From contig OZ176058.1 of assembly GCA_964247055.1 (NCBI GenBank), positions 1,054,001 to 1,118,000 on the forward strand: a stretch of 64,000 nucleotides of DNA, read 5' to 3'. The translations under genes were made by a program, and so were the position numbers. The notes beneath the pieces were generated by a model. The model saw only the letters and a list, made by a program, of their open reading frames with translations, did not search any database and was not told the DNA's origin. The first letter of the stretch is position 1. The number at the start of each line of letters is the position of its first letter. This DNA is from Paragordius varius (Eukaryota; Animalia; Nematomorpha). This document shows positions 26,420 to 41,806 of this stretch, in pieces.

Positions 26420-26603
26420 CAGTATGAGTAGGTATACATTGCTCGAAAGTTATTAATCATTACCAAATAGCAGAAACAAAGGGGAGTATTATTGGATTAT
26501 AGTTATTTTTTCACTTTTTATTATTAGCCAATATAGTTGTCTTTGCTGCATATGCTTTGACAATAATTAATAACTTTCTAGCAATGTATACTTATCCATA
26601 CTA
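26420..26603. mobile_element. Tc1/mariner-type MITE, block B copy of 2949-3134
   Basis: Same TIRs and position within the duplicated block. Confidence 0.7.
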
Positions 26604-27131
26604 TATAAAAGAAAAATTATGGTTAGAAAAGATATAATTGCCTTTTGAAAATATTTTTCTTAATTTTAACGTTTTTCAATATAAAATATTAGGTCTTTCA
26701 ACCAAAAATTTAAGATAGAATTAACTAGATAGGCCTATGTGTGCAGTTCCAGCCTGGATATAAGATAATAAAACGCATAAAAATAATAGTAATACATGCT
26801 TAAAATATGAAATCATTTTTGTAATATTTATTAATATTCATTGACAATTTAAAATTCAGCTTTTTAATTACAGAAAATATTTAAACTCCTTTTATAATAC
26901 TAAATTTGTAAAATATTAGCCATCTATTTAATTAGTTAAATGTTTAAACCTTAGAAGTTAATAGTATAAAAATACAAAAGATATTGTAATCAGTTAATGT
27001 TTATATTCGGCGATTTAATTCATTCTCCTAAAACAGATATATATGATAAATTGGAAATATACAGACAGAAATTTAAGGACAAATATTCGAAAAGAAAACC
27101 ATGCATTATTAAATTTCCTCATCAATATATA

Positions 27132-27478
27132 CCAATTACAGTTCAAATTCACCCTCGAACAATTCAAATTCATCCTTGAACAATTCAAATTCACCTTTGA
27201 ACAATTCAAATTCACCCTAAAAATAAATTATGTGTTTTTGAACTAATATAACTCATTATTAATTGAAATATATGTTTATGGTATAGTTTATTATTTTTTC
27301 AGTATTATTTTAATTTAAAACAAAATTTTTATTTTAAAAAAAATATATAAAATATAGGTGTTTTTTAATCTTAAAAACATATATTTTATTTGAGGGTGAA
27401 TTTGAATTGTTCGAGGGTAAATTTGAAATGTTGAAGGGTGAATTTGAATTTTTAAGGGTGAAATTGAATTGTAAATGG
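27132..27478. mobile_element. MITE family 2 full copy (block B only)
   Basis: Same termini and 21-bp units; source of the spurious heptad ORFs at 26997-27246. Confidence 0.85.
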
Positions 27479-29774
27479 TATAATTATTCTTTAGATATAA
27501 TATGTCAAGTAACTTTTTGTTTCCTATTTCGGGAAATTCATGATGAGTTATAATTTTATCATAAATATTATAAAATTATGGTTGTATTTAAAATAATATC
27601 TGTCTTTAGTTTTTAAACATTTGTTTTTTTAAATATTATATTTCGCTAAACGTGATATCGCCATGTATTTAAAATAATTAAAATGTTGGTTTAATTTTTT
27701 ATTTTGAATGATTGTTTAGATACTTTTGTAAAAAAATTGTTATTGTGTGATATGATTTTAATATGCTAGAAAATACTATCATCAACTCTGCCTCTATCGC
27801 TGAGTATTGGTTTGGATTATATGTTATATACTTTCACATATAAACCAAATTTTTCCTCATTTTTTTGTATAACATTTGTTATAATAAATCTTCCAATATT
27901 AAGCACTGTTCTATATATTTAAATACTTTTAAGAATGATAAAAGTTTCGACTTATAATGCCAATAGTCCTTTAAATGAGATTAAAGTAAATATGTCTAAA
28001 TTGCTCGTTTTAATATGTTAGTAATATCATAATATGCCTAAATTATAAATATTAAGGCATACATTATTTCATGTAAGAAATGAAAAACCTTTCTTTATCA
28101 ATGCCTCGGGTTTTAATAACAGAATCGTCATTAAAATATTCATTCTTATTCAATTTTTGAGCATAGTTGTCCACTTTCTTCATTCTAAAAAATATCACTA
28201 AATCATATAAACTATAATCAAAAGTCATTGCAATCACATAATTTATTTTCTAAATGTGGGTTTAGAACTCAATTTTTTCTACCCTCAATAAATGTTTAGT
28301 AAAATAAAAAATTCTCAGATAGTTATTATGCAAGGTTTTGACACATTCTTTGTTTGTAAAAGGTTAAAAATTTCTTTATCGTATTTATATAAAATTATAG
28401 TGAAAACGCTATAAAAACATTTGAGGACATAAAAAATTATCCATATAAATCAATCGTGCTTAACATTTCCAGCATCTATTAGTGTTTCTAAAGACATGTT
28501 AACTAATACGAATCATTAATCATAATCAGTTAAATAAAATATTCAGGTATTTATTATAAAATTATAATCTTAAATAAAAGTGTCCGTTATTTCATAATTA
28601 TTCTAAAAATTAAATTTTTATTCAACTTTTGAATTTAAATGATTATCTACCATTTATTAATTTTATTGTGAAATAACTTCCATAACAAAATTTTTAGTTT
28701 TGCAGGATGTCAAAATTTTAGACCATCGGAGCCCACATCTATAGAGTAAAAATTTAATACAAATTTTTTGTGCTTTTATTATATAGTTAATTTGTTTTGT
28801 TAAATTTTTATACATATATAAATATATAACATATCTATTTCATCTTACTACTTCGATTCAAATTGGGGTATCTAAATAGCCAGACTGTTGATATTTTTAA
28901 TAAATTATTTAAAGAAACAGTCCCATTTTACAGTAAAAACTGAAATTATACTGAGAAAACGGAATATATAAAGACAAATATTTTTTTCAAAAGACAACCA
29001 TACTTTAAATTTTTTATTTTTTAATTTTTTTAAATGGTAAAATGTGGAATAGAGATATATATTACTATGTATCCAAGTATTAAACTTGAACGATACTTAT
29101 ATATATCAAAAAATAAACTTTTAAAATGTTGTGGTCTATTTTAAAAAATAGATTATAATTTTAAGTTTTACTGTATAAAATTACTAAAATTCAATATTTT
29201 TCCATATAATTGCCAAATAGCATAGCAAAGAGAATTATTATTGAGCTATTGTTTATTTTTTAGTGTTATTAACCAATAATAATTTTTTTGCCGTGTATGG
29301 TATCTATTAAAATAAAGAAAATCTAACAATAATATTTACAACATTATATTAAAAATTAATAAGATTAAAGGTATATCAACCAAAAATTAAGAGACATGAA
29401 GACAAGAATGTCGCAATGTGCTAACATATGAAGATGAAAAAAAGATTGGCAGTTCAAAAAATCTGTATAATCATAATAATAATCGTAAGTCTTAGCGGTA
29501 ATAATTTTTAAGATTCAACAACATTTTTAATATTAATATTTTTTTTATTTGGTTTTTATAAATAATAATATGTTTCGATATGAAGTTAAAAGTAGCCATC
29601 TATTTATATATTTATACAATATATAGTTTTTATATTTTATATATTTTCAAATAGATTTAATACTTAAAAATCCATTCAAATGACTTTTTGCAGATAGCCT
29701 TATTTAATGTATTATTTAATTTAAATCAACCATCTACATCAAGGATTATTAGATCCTTCCCTTTTCAAAAAAGC

Positions 29775-30540
29775 ATGGTGCCTACCAAGGCTGATCGCCT
29801 AACCCGTTATTGTGTTTAAAATGGATGGATAAGGTAGTCAAAGTTGTTAATCTAAGGTCAGGGTGGCATTTCATGTGTGCGGATGACATAGTGATTTTGT
29901 CTAATTCACTGGCACTGAGTTAAATTAACAGATGGGTTAAATAGGGTCTGAAAGTAAACAAAGCAAAAACTGAATTTATTCCCTTGAGTCAGCAAACATG
30001 AAATGGAGTTTGATATGTTTGGGTTTTAAAGGGTAACTAAAGCTGCAAATATTAAGGATCAATGTTAGGTTCAGATAGATTGTTGACCGACGATATTAAT
30101 TTTATAATTAAGAGCATTTGGATTTGAAAAAAGTTTAAGCGTTTTATGTCATTGAAATATTGATGTTAGAGTGAAAGATAAGATATACAGTAAAATTGTT
30201 TAACCCACAATAATGATGTGTACACAGACGTGGGCCGTCAAAAAATCCGAGAAAAGACAGTTTGCGGATATAAAAATGTTTAGATTGATATGTGGGGTAC
30301 CAAGAAAGGGCAAAGTTAAGAATATATATATATACGCGGGGGGGCAGATGTTAAACTAATAGCGGAAAGAATTATAAAAAATAAACTACATTGGTTTGGA
30401 CACATTGAAAGGAAGGATTCTAATTATATTGCAAAATTAGATAATCTAGTTGAAGGAAAACGAAGACGTGGGCGGCCTGTGGACAAAGAAAGCTGGCAGA
30501 AAATAAACTTAAAGCAGAGGACGCTAAGATAGAGTACTAT
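29775..30540 (+). pseudogene. Decayed non-LTR RT fragment, block B copy
   Basis: CADDIVI, KVNKAKTE, WFGHIERKDS, VEGKRRRGRP with disruptions. Confidence 0.78.
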
Positions 30541-33077
30541 GGTGTGACAAGTTGGCTCACATACCCGCTTTCACGAGTGATTACATTTAATGAATAAGAA
30601 TATCAACCATCTATATATTTATTATATATATTTAATTTTATTTCCATATATTATGAATTGCTTTCAGTAGACAACAAATTTTTCTGCCACTCATCGAGTT
30701 TTTTGCATTTTCTGATATTTACTCGCATTTTAACAATACTGGAATAATAATTATATTTACACCTAATAATTTCGTATAATTTAATTTTTTATGATTATTA
30801 AAAAATAAAAATATACAACAAATGCCCATTTGTAATATATCATTCAAACGTAATAAACTCTCTAAAATGCATACTAATATGTTTTACATCGATAGTTATA
30901 TTGGACATAGAAAGCGACAAACGCGCGAAGCGAGAGCGTTTTTCTTAATTAATATATTTTTTAAATTAATGAATGATAATAGCTCAAACTTTGTCTGGAT
31001 AACAAATGTCCAAAAATAATAACAAAAAAAGTTTTTTTGGATAAAAAACATTTTATTGCTTTGTCATAAAAAACAGCTATTTTTAAATTTTTTGTTTTTT
31101 TACTTATAATTTTAAAATTTTAAAGACTAGAAATATAGGCTAATCTTTGATCTTTCATAATCAATATGTAATAAATTTACAGCTATAATATGTATTTTGG
31201 TATCCACTAGGTAAAATAATTTTGATAATTATTTTTATTAAAAGGCAAACCAAAAGCTTTTTCAAAGAATTTTTTTAATTTTTTATATAATCTTATAATA
31301 AAATTTATAGAATTTTAAATTATTTTGTCTATGAAACTTTTTGATTTATTTACGGGTGGAAATTTTGACCACAAAAAGCCAAATAACTTACAATAGATTT
31401 TTTAACTACCATTTGAAAGAAATTTTGTTTTTTGACCTCTTTCGAATGATATATAATTCATGGCTCTATATCTATAAATTTTAATTTTGAAAATTTCAAG
31501 TTTAATGTTGAATCGGGATTGAAAATTTTCGATAAACCTCATTAATAAAGTTAGACCAATTTTACAGTATAAATTAAAGTTATACGGACAAAACGTAAAG
31601 TATATAGAACATTTTTTTCTAAAATGACAACCATACTTTTTAAATGTTGATTAATTAAATTTAACTCATTGTTTTCTATTTCCAAAGTTTAAATAGAGTA
31701 TTGGTAACATAATCAATAATATATGATTAAATGTGTATATTGGTAACACAATCATTTTATTTTATGATTGTAAATAAATCAATTATATGAGAAAATGTAA
31801 ATTTAAAAAAGGATGGTAGGCTTTTAGAAAAAAATTCATGTCTTTATATTTCAGCTTGTCGGTATAATTTCAGCGTTAGCAAATTTGGTGGTTATTTTTC
31901 GCATAAATAAAAAAATATGCAATAGTCTTTTTTATTAATCTACAGAATTTTGCCATATAACGGTAAAAACATATGAGATTTACACTAAAAACTAAATTTA
32001 AACAGTAAAAACCTATAAATGGCAAATTATATTTAAAACAGATAATGATAATTTTAACCCTAGATTTTTTTATATGGAATTCATTGTTTTGGGTTGGAGA
32101 TTAGAGATAAAATCATTCTTACACTAAATTATAAATTTAATTTGTAATTATAAGTTAAGCTCTAATAAAGTTTAGTTGTCGTTTGTAAATTGTATTTTAT
32201 TTTGTAAGTTTAAAATATTAACAATATTTCATTATCACGCAACAAATTGTATAACCAACAGGGAATTTTGGTTTTCGCATGAAAAATAATAAAATAAATC
32301 TAATTATTTTATACAACGACGGTGAAAACAAAAAGTGGAAAAAACTATTTATTTCGTCATTGATTTTATTGTGAAAAAATTATGAAAGAAAAATAAATTC
32401 TGGAATAATTTTGCATTGAAGTATTATTATACATATTAATGTGAAATTGTTTAATGATTGTGTATATTATTTTTAGTGATTGTACATTTAGTTAACATTA
32501 TATAGACAGCAAGTAATAATTTTTGAAACAGACCGCCATAATTTTAAACCTAATTTTTTGGATAGAAAACATATTGTTTAAGGGTTATACGGACAAAACT
32601 TACAGATTTAAAGACCACTTAATTCTACATAAACTTTAAAATTACAATTTAAAGGTTCATTAAACTTGATACGGACAAAACGTAAAAATATGAAGGCAAT
32701 TATTTTTTTCTAAAAAACAACCATACTTTTTAAAACTTGATATTTTTATAACTCATTGTTTACAAATTATAAAAGAGATGTATATTGGTCATAATCAATT
32801 ATATGTTTTGTTTTATAATTGTAAATGTATCATTTATATAAAAAATTAATAAAAAATGGTTGTCTTTTAGAAAAAAATATTTGTCTTTATATTACGTTTT
32901 GTCCGTATAATTTCAGTTTTACTATATAAAAATTGATTGCATTACCAACTCTGATTTCCCTTAACTAAAGAAACGTGAATTAGTTATGTTAATTATTTTT
33001 AGAGACAAAATAATAGTTTTATAAAAGTTAAAGCAAAGCCAATAATTATTGTTAATTCAACAAAAGACGCACTTATA

Positions 33078-33353
33078 CAGTAAAAATTGAATTTATACAG
33101 ACAAAACGTGAAAATATAAACACATATTTTTTTCAAAAAGATAATCATACTTCTTAAATCATGATTTGTTTAAATATAACTCATTGTTTTAAACTACAAA
33201 GTTTAATATAGAGTATGCTAACACAATCAATTATGATTGTAATTAATTGTTTTTTATAGGATATAATAAAGTTTAAAAAAGTATAATTGTCTTTTAAGAA
33301 TAAAATTTGTCTTTATATTTTTTATTTTGTCCGTATAATTTCGGTTTTTACTG
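33078..33353. mobile_element. MITE family 1 (TIR CAGTAAAAATTGAAATTATACGGACAAAACG), representative full copy
   Basis: About 75-bp TIRs, TA on both sides, Tc1/mariner-like CAGT ends; dozens of full or partial copies between 1.8 and 43.3 kb. Confidence 0.85.
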
Positions 33354-34905
33354 TATCAAAGATTTGGGATTTAATTAAATCTCAATTTTTTCATTTTAAA
33401 TATATATAAAAACCAACAATATCAATTAAAAACATTGTATATGGATTAGGTTAAGCCACAAAAGAGAAGCACAGTTACATTAAAATTATACGGACAAAAC
33501 GTAAAAATATAAAGACAAATATTTTTAAAAGACAACCATACTTTTCTGAATTTAATTTTAACATAAACTATATAATTAAACTAGCATATATATAATTGAT
33601 TGTTACAAATTACATCTATAGCTCATACTTTGCGATTTAAATAAATTAGTTATATTTTTAATCAAGTAGTAAAAAGACACAACAATCAAATAAAATATTG
33701 AACTTTTTAAATTTATGTGTATATTTTGTACTGGAAAGAAAATTGTAAAATGTAGTGAAAACATTAAAGAAATAATATATTTTCATAAGCTGCATTCCAA
33801 TTTAAATTGTATATTTTTTCAGGATTACTATCAATATAACAGAGTTTTATAAGCAATCGATGATACAGTAAAAAATTGAAATTATATGGCAAATCGTAAA
33901 AATATAAAGACAATTATTTTTAAAGACAACCATATTAAATTATTATTTGATAAATTAACTCATTGTAAACTTCAAATATAAAATAGTGATGTAAATATTA
34001 ACACAAATTATCTATTATACGTTTTTAGGAAAATGAGGATAAATTAAGGTATATAATGGTTTCAAAAAAAATTGCTTGCTTTTATATTATTACGTGTTGT
34101 CGGTATATGTAATTTTAATTTTTATTATAATTTTTCGAAATTTAGAATGCATATCTTAAAGTAAAAAACAAAGCAGTCCGACAATATGGCCCTTCGAAAT
34201 ATTCCATTCGACCTTCTAATAATATTCAAAGTCTTCAAATGCACCAAAAATACGGAATCCATAATTTCTACGCTATTTACGAAATTAAATTTAAATTGGT
34301 TTATCCTTAAACAAATATAAATCTAGATACCATTCAAATTTAAAAAACAAATTATCCAATACTTGTAAAATAATACGGTTGAAAATCATTCTTTTTTAAA
34401 CAATTCCCATACATTTATTGAAATACTGAATTAAATTGATTTCGTTACTAAATATCTCTATTTTACAATTTTAAGCAATAACTTATATATTTAAAAAGTA
34501 GTGTCGTTTTCTGATAAAAAATATGTGCCTTTAAGTTTTGCTTTTTGTCCGTATAAATTTTTAGTGTATTCATACTGTGTTAATATTGCGGTGGTCTTAT
34601 AGGTTTGGAATTTAGATATTTAATAAATATTTATAATTTTTCCGCCGATTTTTTTGACGCGAAAATGCAGCCTGGTAAGTCATATGTGTTGCGCACCCCT
34701 TATGTTGATAAGCAATTCGCTTTTCACATATAAAACAATGAAAATTAATATACGGGCAAAAGTAAAAATATAAAGGCAATTTGTTTTCCAAACCGCTTTT
34801 TTAAATAACTTGAATTTCATATAACTTATTGTAAATTGCAATGTGTAAAATATGGATGTAATTTGTTAACACAAACGTAAATATCTTTTACATATGCAAC
34901 TAATA

Positions 34906-35155
34906 CAGTAAAAATTGATATTATACGAACAAAACGTAAAAATATAAAGACAAATATTTTTATCTAAAAGACACCATACTTTTTAAAACCTTGATTAATA
35001 TATTGAATTGATTGTGTTAGTATTATATTATATTTTACTTTGCCATTTTAAACAATGAGTTTTATTTAAATTAAGATTTAAAAATAGAGGTTGACTTTTA
35101 TTAATAAATGTTTGTCATTATTTGTGCTATGTCCGTATAATTTCAGATTTTACTG
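34906..35155. mobile_element. MITE family 1 full copy
   Basis: TA-CAGTAAAAATTG...TTTTACTG-TA. Confidence 0.85.
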
Positions 35156-37086
35156 TAAATATGAATTTTTAATTATTAACAAATGAAATATTTATAAATG
35201 ATATGCTCGAAATATAAGTTCTATAAATTAATTTATTTTGTTTGTTAATAATTAAAAATTCCTACGTCTAAAATCATATTGGTTTATTATTCTAAATCAC
35301 GTATGGAATCACTCAAATTTTATTATTTAAAAATTTATAATAGACATTTAAAATGATTTAAGGTTTTTCACTCTTAAAACGAATAATTTTAGAAATTAAT
35401 AAATTTTTGTATACGATAAGAATTCGTGAAATAATTTTTAAATGTGGAAATATCTTAAAAATTTATTCCATCTAAATATTGATAAATTTGATAATATAAA
35501 GTTGTTATTAGGTTATGTTAAACCTTGATGAGCATATTATAACATTTACAAACTAGACACAAAATTTGACTTTTTTTTAATTGCTAATTTTATTATTTAT
35601 TTCATTATAGTACATATATAGTATATTTGAAAAAATTGGTCTAACACTTAAGAATTTATTTATTAGGATATATCAAAGATTTTTGGCTCCGATTTAACAT
35701 TTAACTCCAAATTTTCAAAACTAACAGTTTTAGATATAGAGCCATGTATTTAATATCATAAGAGCGCGAAAAAAACTGTAACTTTTGAATGTAGTCAAAA
35801 TTAAGTTATTTGGGTTTATATGGTCAAAATTTTTAACCTTAAATATGTCAAAAATATTCACAAACAAACTAATTAAAAATCATATAAATTAATTTAATAC
35901 AATTGATGGGCTTACATTATTATAAAATTTGAAAAAACTTTGAAAAAGCTTTTGGTTTGCTTTTTAATAAAAATTATCATCATGATAATTTTACCTAGTG
36001 GATACCAAAATGCATAGTTATAACTCTAAAATTATTTCATAATGAATATAAAAGATTATGAATAACTTAACCTATATTTCTAGTCTTTGAACTAAACTTT
36101 TTAAACAAATTTTAATGGTATTAGATGGTAATATATTTAAAAAAAAAAACTTAAAAATGGCTGTTTTGAATGATAAACATTAATAAGTATATAAATCAAA
36201 AAAACTTTGTTGTGTTATCTTTTTTGGTTATTCATTGCCATCCTGACAAAGTTTGAGCTATTTTCATTCATTAGTTTTAAAAATATATTTATAACGCTGT
36301 CGCTTCGCGCGTTTGTCGCTTTCAATGTCTAATATTAACTACGATGTAAAATATATTAGTATTTTTATAAAGTTTTCAGTTTCAAATGTCTATTTCAAAT
36401 GAGGATTTGTTTAATTTCAAAGAAAAACATTTAGTGTAATTTTGATAAAGAGAGCGCATAATCAGAAAAAAATAAAATTATTCAAGTAAAATCATATTTT
36501 TACTGTTAAAATGATAGTTAATATCAGAAAATACCAAAAACTGTAGTAATATTTGTCGTCTAGTGTTATTATAAAATAAATTAATTTTACCGATTTACAT
36601 CTCTATTTCTTATTTTGCACAATGATATTAAGTTATATAAAATAATCATTAGTTTAATATATTTGTTATATAGCAATTATTATTCAGCTAAAATCTAATG
36701 AATTTATTACGGTAAATTTTTGATTATTACAAGCAATTTTTGTCAAACGTAAAAAATAAAATTAAAAATAAACTAAAAATTAAAGTATAAATTAAGAATA
36801 TTTAATTCTTGTTTATGAAAAAATATTTTTTTGTCTTTTATTATTTACCGTTGTTAAGTTATTTATAGGATAATGTTTTGTTTCTTAATATGGATAAATT
36901 CGTTAAATTATACAAATAAACGAATAACTAAACTGAGAATGATATATAAAACTAAATCTGAAATTAAATTAACTGAAAATACTAAATGATTTCATGAATT
37001 ATATATTGATATGTAAAAACCCAAGTCAAATAGGTTTGTATACTAATAATGGCTAACAAGCAAACTAAGTTGCCACATATCATTTA

Positions 37087-37263
37087 CAGTATGCATTTTA
37101 ATGGTTTATTTCATACTTTATTTGGGGAATTCGCAACACAGTAGAGTATGGAAAGAAAGGAAACAATTGTTTATTCAACGTTTTTGTTTTTTTTTCCATA
37201 CATCACTGTGTTGCGAATTCTTTAACTATAGTGTGAAATAAGCAACCATTAAAATGCATACTG
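37087..37263. mobile_element. 177-bp MITE sharing termini with the 4.1-kb foldback
   Basis: TA-CAGTATGCATTTTAATG...CATTAAAATGCATACTG-TA, identical to the foldback ends. Confidence 0.8.
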
Positions 37264-40200
37264 TAATGTTTTCACTTAGTTTTTCGTGTATATCATTGTT
37301 TCACGGATTTATTTTGTCAATATAATAAAACGTATTAATATATTTTTTAGGTTAATTTTATTATATATATTATATATATATATATATATATCTTTGGATG
37401 TGAAAACAATACAAAAAAGTAATAAAGTTTTAGAATGTGGTATTTGTAATTTTATAGTTAAGGCATCATAATTTATAATTGGAAAAAAGGAAATTGAATA
37501 AAGCCAAAATTAATGTATAAGACTAACGGAAGAGGTAATTGCCATAGATTAATTTACGTTAAATTTAAAACTCTCGTTTAAAATATTTTAATTTCCTAGT
37601 TTTTGAAATGTTTTAACTGTATTTATAAATAATGAGAAATAATATTTATATATGATTAGAAAATAAGCTATTAGTAGACATATTCCTGCATAAATACCTC
37701 CATCTTCTTATTATGTTTCACCCACTTTCAATTATATATATCGAGCACATTAAATGGAAAAATTGGTTTAATATTTATTTGCGAACATATATATTACATT
37801 AAAAAATGCTTAATTTTGCCATCTGATAAAAAGTTTGCGGTTAGAATTACCAAAAATAGTAGTATAGCTTTGGAAAACGCATTAAAAATATATAATCGAT
37901 TGCAGTCCAATCTAACAATTACTTTATAGGATTATCAATCATATAGCCTATCGGCTATATCGAACATTAATTTTTGAAATTAAGTACGTATTTTCTAAAG
38001 TATAGTAATTATACGGACAAAACGTAAAAATATAAAAACAATTTTTTTAAAAAAATGACTATGCATTTACATCCTGAATTTTATCTGATTGTTTTAAACC
38101 GTAAATTATATTATTGTTACCAATAAACATTTCTATTTCATACTTTATAATTTGAAAAAAGAAGTTATATTTAGACAAATTAAGTTTCGAAAAGTATGGG
38201 TGTCTTTTAGAAAAAAATGTTTGTGGTTATGATTTATGTTTTGTCCGTATAATTTTAGTTTTACTGTAAAAATATATGAGTGTTTAACTGGCAGCCCGCA
38301 AAGAAATTGTGAATCTATAATTTACAAATGTATGGTATAAAAATTTAGTAAAATAGATAAATATTTTATGAATTTTCAAATAAGCCTATCCAATCGGTAA
38401 GAACTGGAACAAATTGTTTTATTATGTCTGCATCATTTTATGGTAAAATGTTTATTTGAAATCTAAAAAAATTATTTAATGTTTTAAAAAAAATGAAATT
38501 ATACGGACAAAACTTGAAAATATAAAGACAAATATTTTTTTCAAAAAGACAACCATACTTTTTTAATCTTGATTTTTTATATATAACTCATTGTTTTAAA
38601 CTACAAAATATAATATAGAAATGCCAATTGGTAACACAATCAATTATGTGTTTTACGATTCTAATTAGTTTTTTGCAGTATAAATTAGGTTTAAAAAAGT
38701 AGGTTGTCTTTTTTAAAAAATTGTTTTTATAGTTTACTATTTTGTCCGAATTATTTCAATTATAATGTATATTCTGCCTGTGAAGCCATTTTTCAGACAT
38801 CCCTCTGCTTTAAAACATGGAAAACATGAACTTTGCATAAATTTGTATGGTATATTATTTTTTGGAACGTTCAATACACAAACACAATAAACCCCTATAA
38901 TGGACCTCCTTATTATAATCTCTCATAACATTTGTAAATACAATAAAAATTGAATTTATACAAACAAAGCCCAAAAAACAGATTTGATGGATTTTCGCAT
39001 ATTAAAATAACTGCAAAATTAAATGGCTTTTATATGCGATTATTAGAAATTAAAATGATAAATTTATTAAAATTATACGATTTCTTATAATAATTTAATA
39101 AAACAAAACACTATTTGCCTTCTTTTCTGAAATTATCAAGTAAGTCTTTCGGTAGTTAAGTATAGTATTATATAGAAATTCGTATTGTAGACTTATTTTT
39201 TTCAAAAGACAATTATAGGTTTCAACTGACAGATATTCCCTATTTTTTCCAACGCAAACATGAATGATGAGTCACAAAAGCAAGTTAAATATGGTCTTTT
39301 TTAAACCGATATTACAGTAAAGCTAAATATCATACGGACAAAACGTTAAAATATAAGGACAAATATTTTTTTTAAAAGACAACCATACTTTTTCAATTTT
39401 GATTTTTTAACTATAAATCATTGTTTAAAACAACAAAGTATAATATATAAGTGTAAATGGTAACAATCGATTATATATATAATAGTCAATAAATCATTTA
39501 TATGAGAAAATTTAAATTTAATAAGTATGGTTGTCTTTTAGAAAAAATATTTATCTTTATATTTTTGCGTGTTGTCCGTATAATATCAGTTTTTACTATA
39601 TTAGTCTTTTAGTTATGTTTTATGTTATTCTAATTTAAATGTTTACTGTTATAAGCTTGTTTCTGTTCTGTTCCGATATTCCAAAATATGATCTTAGGAT
39701 TCAAGGAACAGTGACAGGCTGAATAAATTTATAAAATGTGCTAATGTTTGGTAAATATTAAAAAAATTAGATTTAGTTATTGAAATATATGTTCGTAAAA
39801 TGTACCATGAAATATTATTAATAAATTATTTATAACATTTATCTCTGGGATGTAAAAAATTTCAAAAAATTGGATTACACATTAATACAGACAAAACGTA
39901 AAAATTTAAAGACGATAGCCTGAAAGATTTTTTAAAATGATTATTTACATTTCTTACCATAATATATATTTATTTGTCTCTCAAAAATTTAAAGAAAAAA
40001 AATGGTGGCAAAAGAGTTAAGATGAGGTTTTTTCGCAATTTTATTTCAAATTTTTTTGAAGTATGCAAAAAAGGGTAAAAAAAGTATAATTCAAAATTCG
40101 GCTTAATAACCTAAAAATAATATATAGTCAAATTTTTGTTGGATACACAGTAAAATTTGAATTATACGGAAACGTTACATAATTTTTGAAACTTTTTACC

Positions 40201-41806
40201 CTATTAAAATCATTTAAAAAGAATCATAAAATATGTAATTGGTTGTGCTATTAATATACATATCTATTTTACACTTTGTTGTTTAAAACAATGAGTTATC
40301 TTAAAAAAAAATAATATCTGTATTTTACACTTTGTTCTTTAAAAACAATGAGTTATATTTAAAAAAATCCAGATTTAAAATAAGTATGGTTGTCTTTAAA
40401 AAAATTTTTATATTTATAAATTTCGTTCATATAACATCAATTTTTAATGTAAAATAGATCTCTTTTCACCCTTTGTTGTTAACAATGAGTTAATTTAAAA
40501 AAAATTTAAAAAGTATGATTGTCTTTTGAAAAAAATCTTTATATTTTTGATTTTCGTTTATTGTCAATTTTTACTGTAATATACATCACTATTTACTTTT
40601 TAAAACAATGAGAGTTATATATAATGAAATTGTGTTTGATTTTTTAAATTTTGTTCGCATAATTTAAATTTTTACTGTAAAATTACCATGTGAATTTGGA
40701 TATATAATGCTTTTTCTTTTGAATTTATTATAAATGTATATCGACTAAAAATTATCCTAGAAAGAGAATAAAACTTTTCTAAAATGCGGATAAGTATGTA
40801 TAGACATTATTTTTTAACATTTAATTATAGAAAAATTTATAAAACAACTATTAATATATATATAAGTTTTATGCTTTTAAAATAATTAATTATAGCAAAA
40901 TATTAGGTTATAAATAAATATAAATAAAACTTCTTAATATACAAATTAAGTTAAATATCCACCATCTTGATATTGACAATTTTTATATGTGAAATTATAA
41001 TGTAATTTTTGCGGATAAACTATATATTAAATTACTAATTTTTAAAATGTTTTTATTACAGTTTATAATGACAAAATGTAAAAATATAGACAAATTTTTT
41101 TTATGAATCTTGATTTTTTAAATAAAAATAATTGTTTAAAAATCGCAAATTATAAAATAGAGTTGTACATTGATTTTCACATCAATTATATAATTTCCAA
41201 TTGTAATTAAATATAATATAAAAAAGACAAACGGTTCTCTAAAGTTAGGTGCCTAGTAATAAAAAAACTTTTTTATTTTTAATTTTTTGTGTAAAATTAT
41301 ACGGATAAAAAGTAACATCAAAACACATATTTTATTAAACTTGATTTTAAAAGTATTATATACATCTTTACTTCATATTTTGCAACGCATATCGATAGGT
41401 CTTATATAAAACAATATTTTTAAATTATTTGTCTTTAGTTTTTATACGTATTGTTTTAAATGATTTACTTTTTTACTGCACTTTTTAGGTTAATTTCATT
41501 TGAAATGTATTCTGGGGGTAAAAAACTAGGTAATGTAGTTTTAAAAATTTAATTTTATTTCAAAGCAAACAGTAAAATTTAAAATTAAACAGTCATAATG
41601 CCAAAAACAGAAAGACTTATTTATTTAAAAAATCGCTATCCAGTAAAAATTGATTTTATATGGACAAAACGTAAAAATATAAAGACAAATTGCTTTTTCT
41701 AAAAGATAACCATATCATATTTTCTATATCTTGATTTCCATAAATAAACATTGTTTTAAACTGTAAAGTATGTAATAGAGTTGTGCAGGTATCAAAATCA
41801 ATCATA

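Larger units (their letters stand above)
30668..36560. repeat. Block B copy of the old inverted-arm structure (arms ~30668-31560 and ~35630-36560)
   Basis: GCGACAAACGCGCGAAGCGAGAGCG (~30914) vs CGCTGTCGCTTCGCGCGTTTGTCGC (~36295). Confidence 0.75.
25570..41200 (+). repeat. Segmental duplication, block B
   Basis: Direct, colinear, diverged copy of block A with different insertions. Confidence 0.88.

Noticed and set aside
26997-27246. Overlapping ORFs with heptad repeats (EQFKFTL, VNLNCSR); also 50528-50710
   Set aside because: Translations of the 21-bp subterminal repeats of MITE family 2.
5847-41200. Remaining 60-99 aa ORF-track entries rich in I/F/K/N/Y/L
   Set aside because: Composition expected from ~80% AT DNA; most lie in MITEs or foldback arms and are not conserved between blocks.
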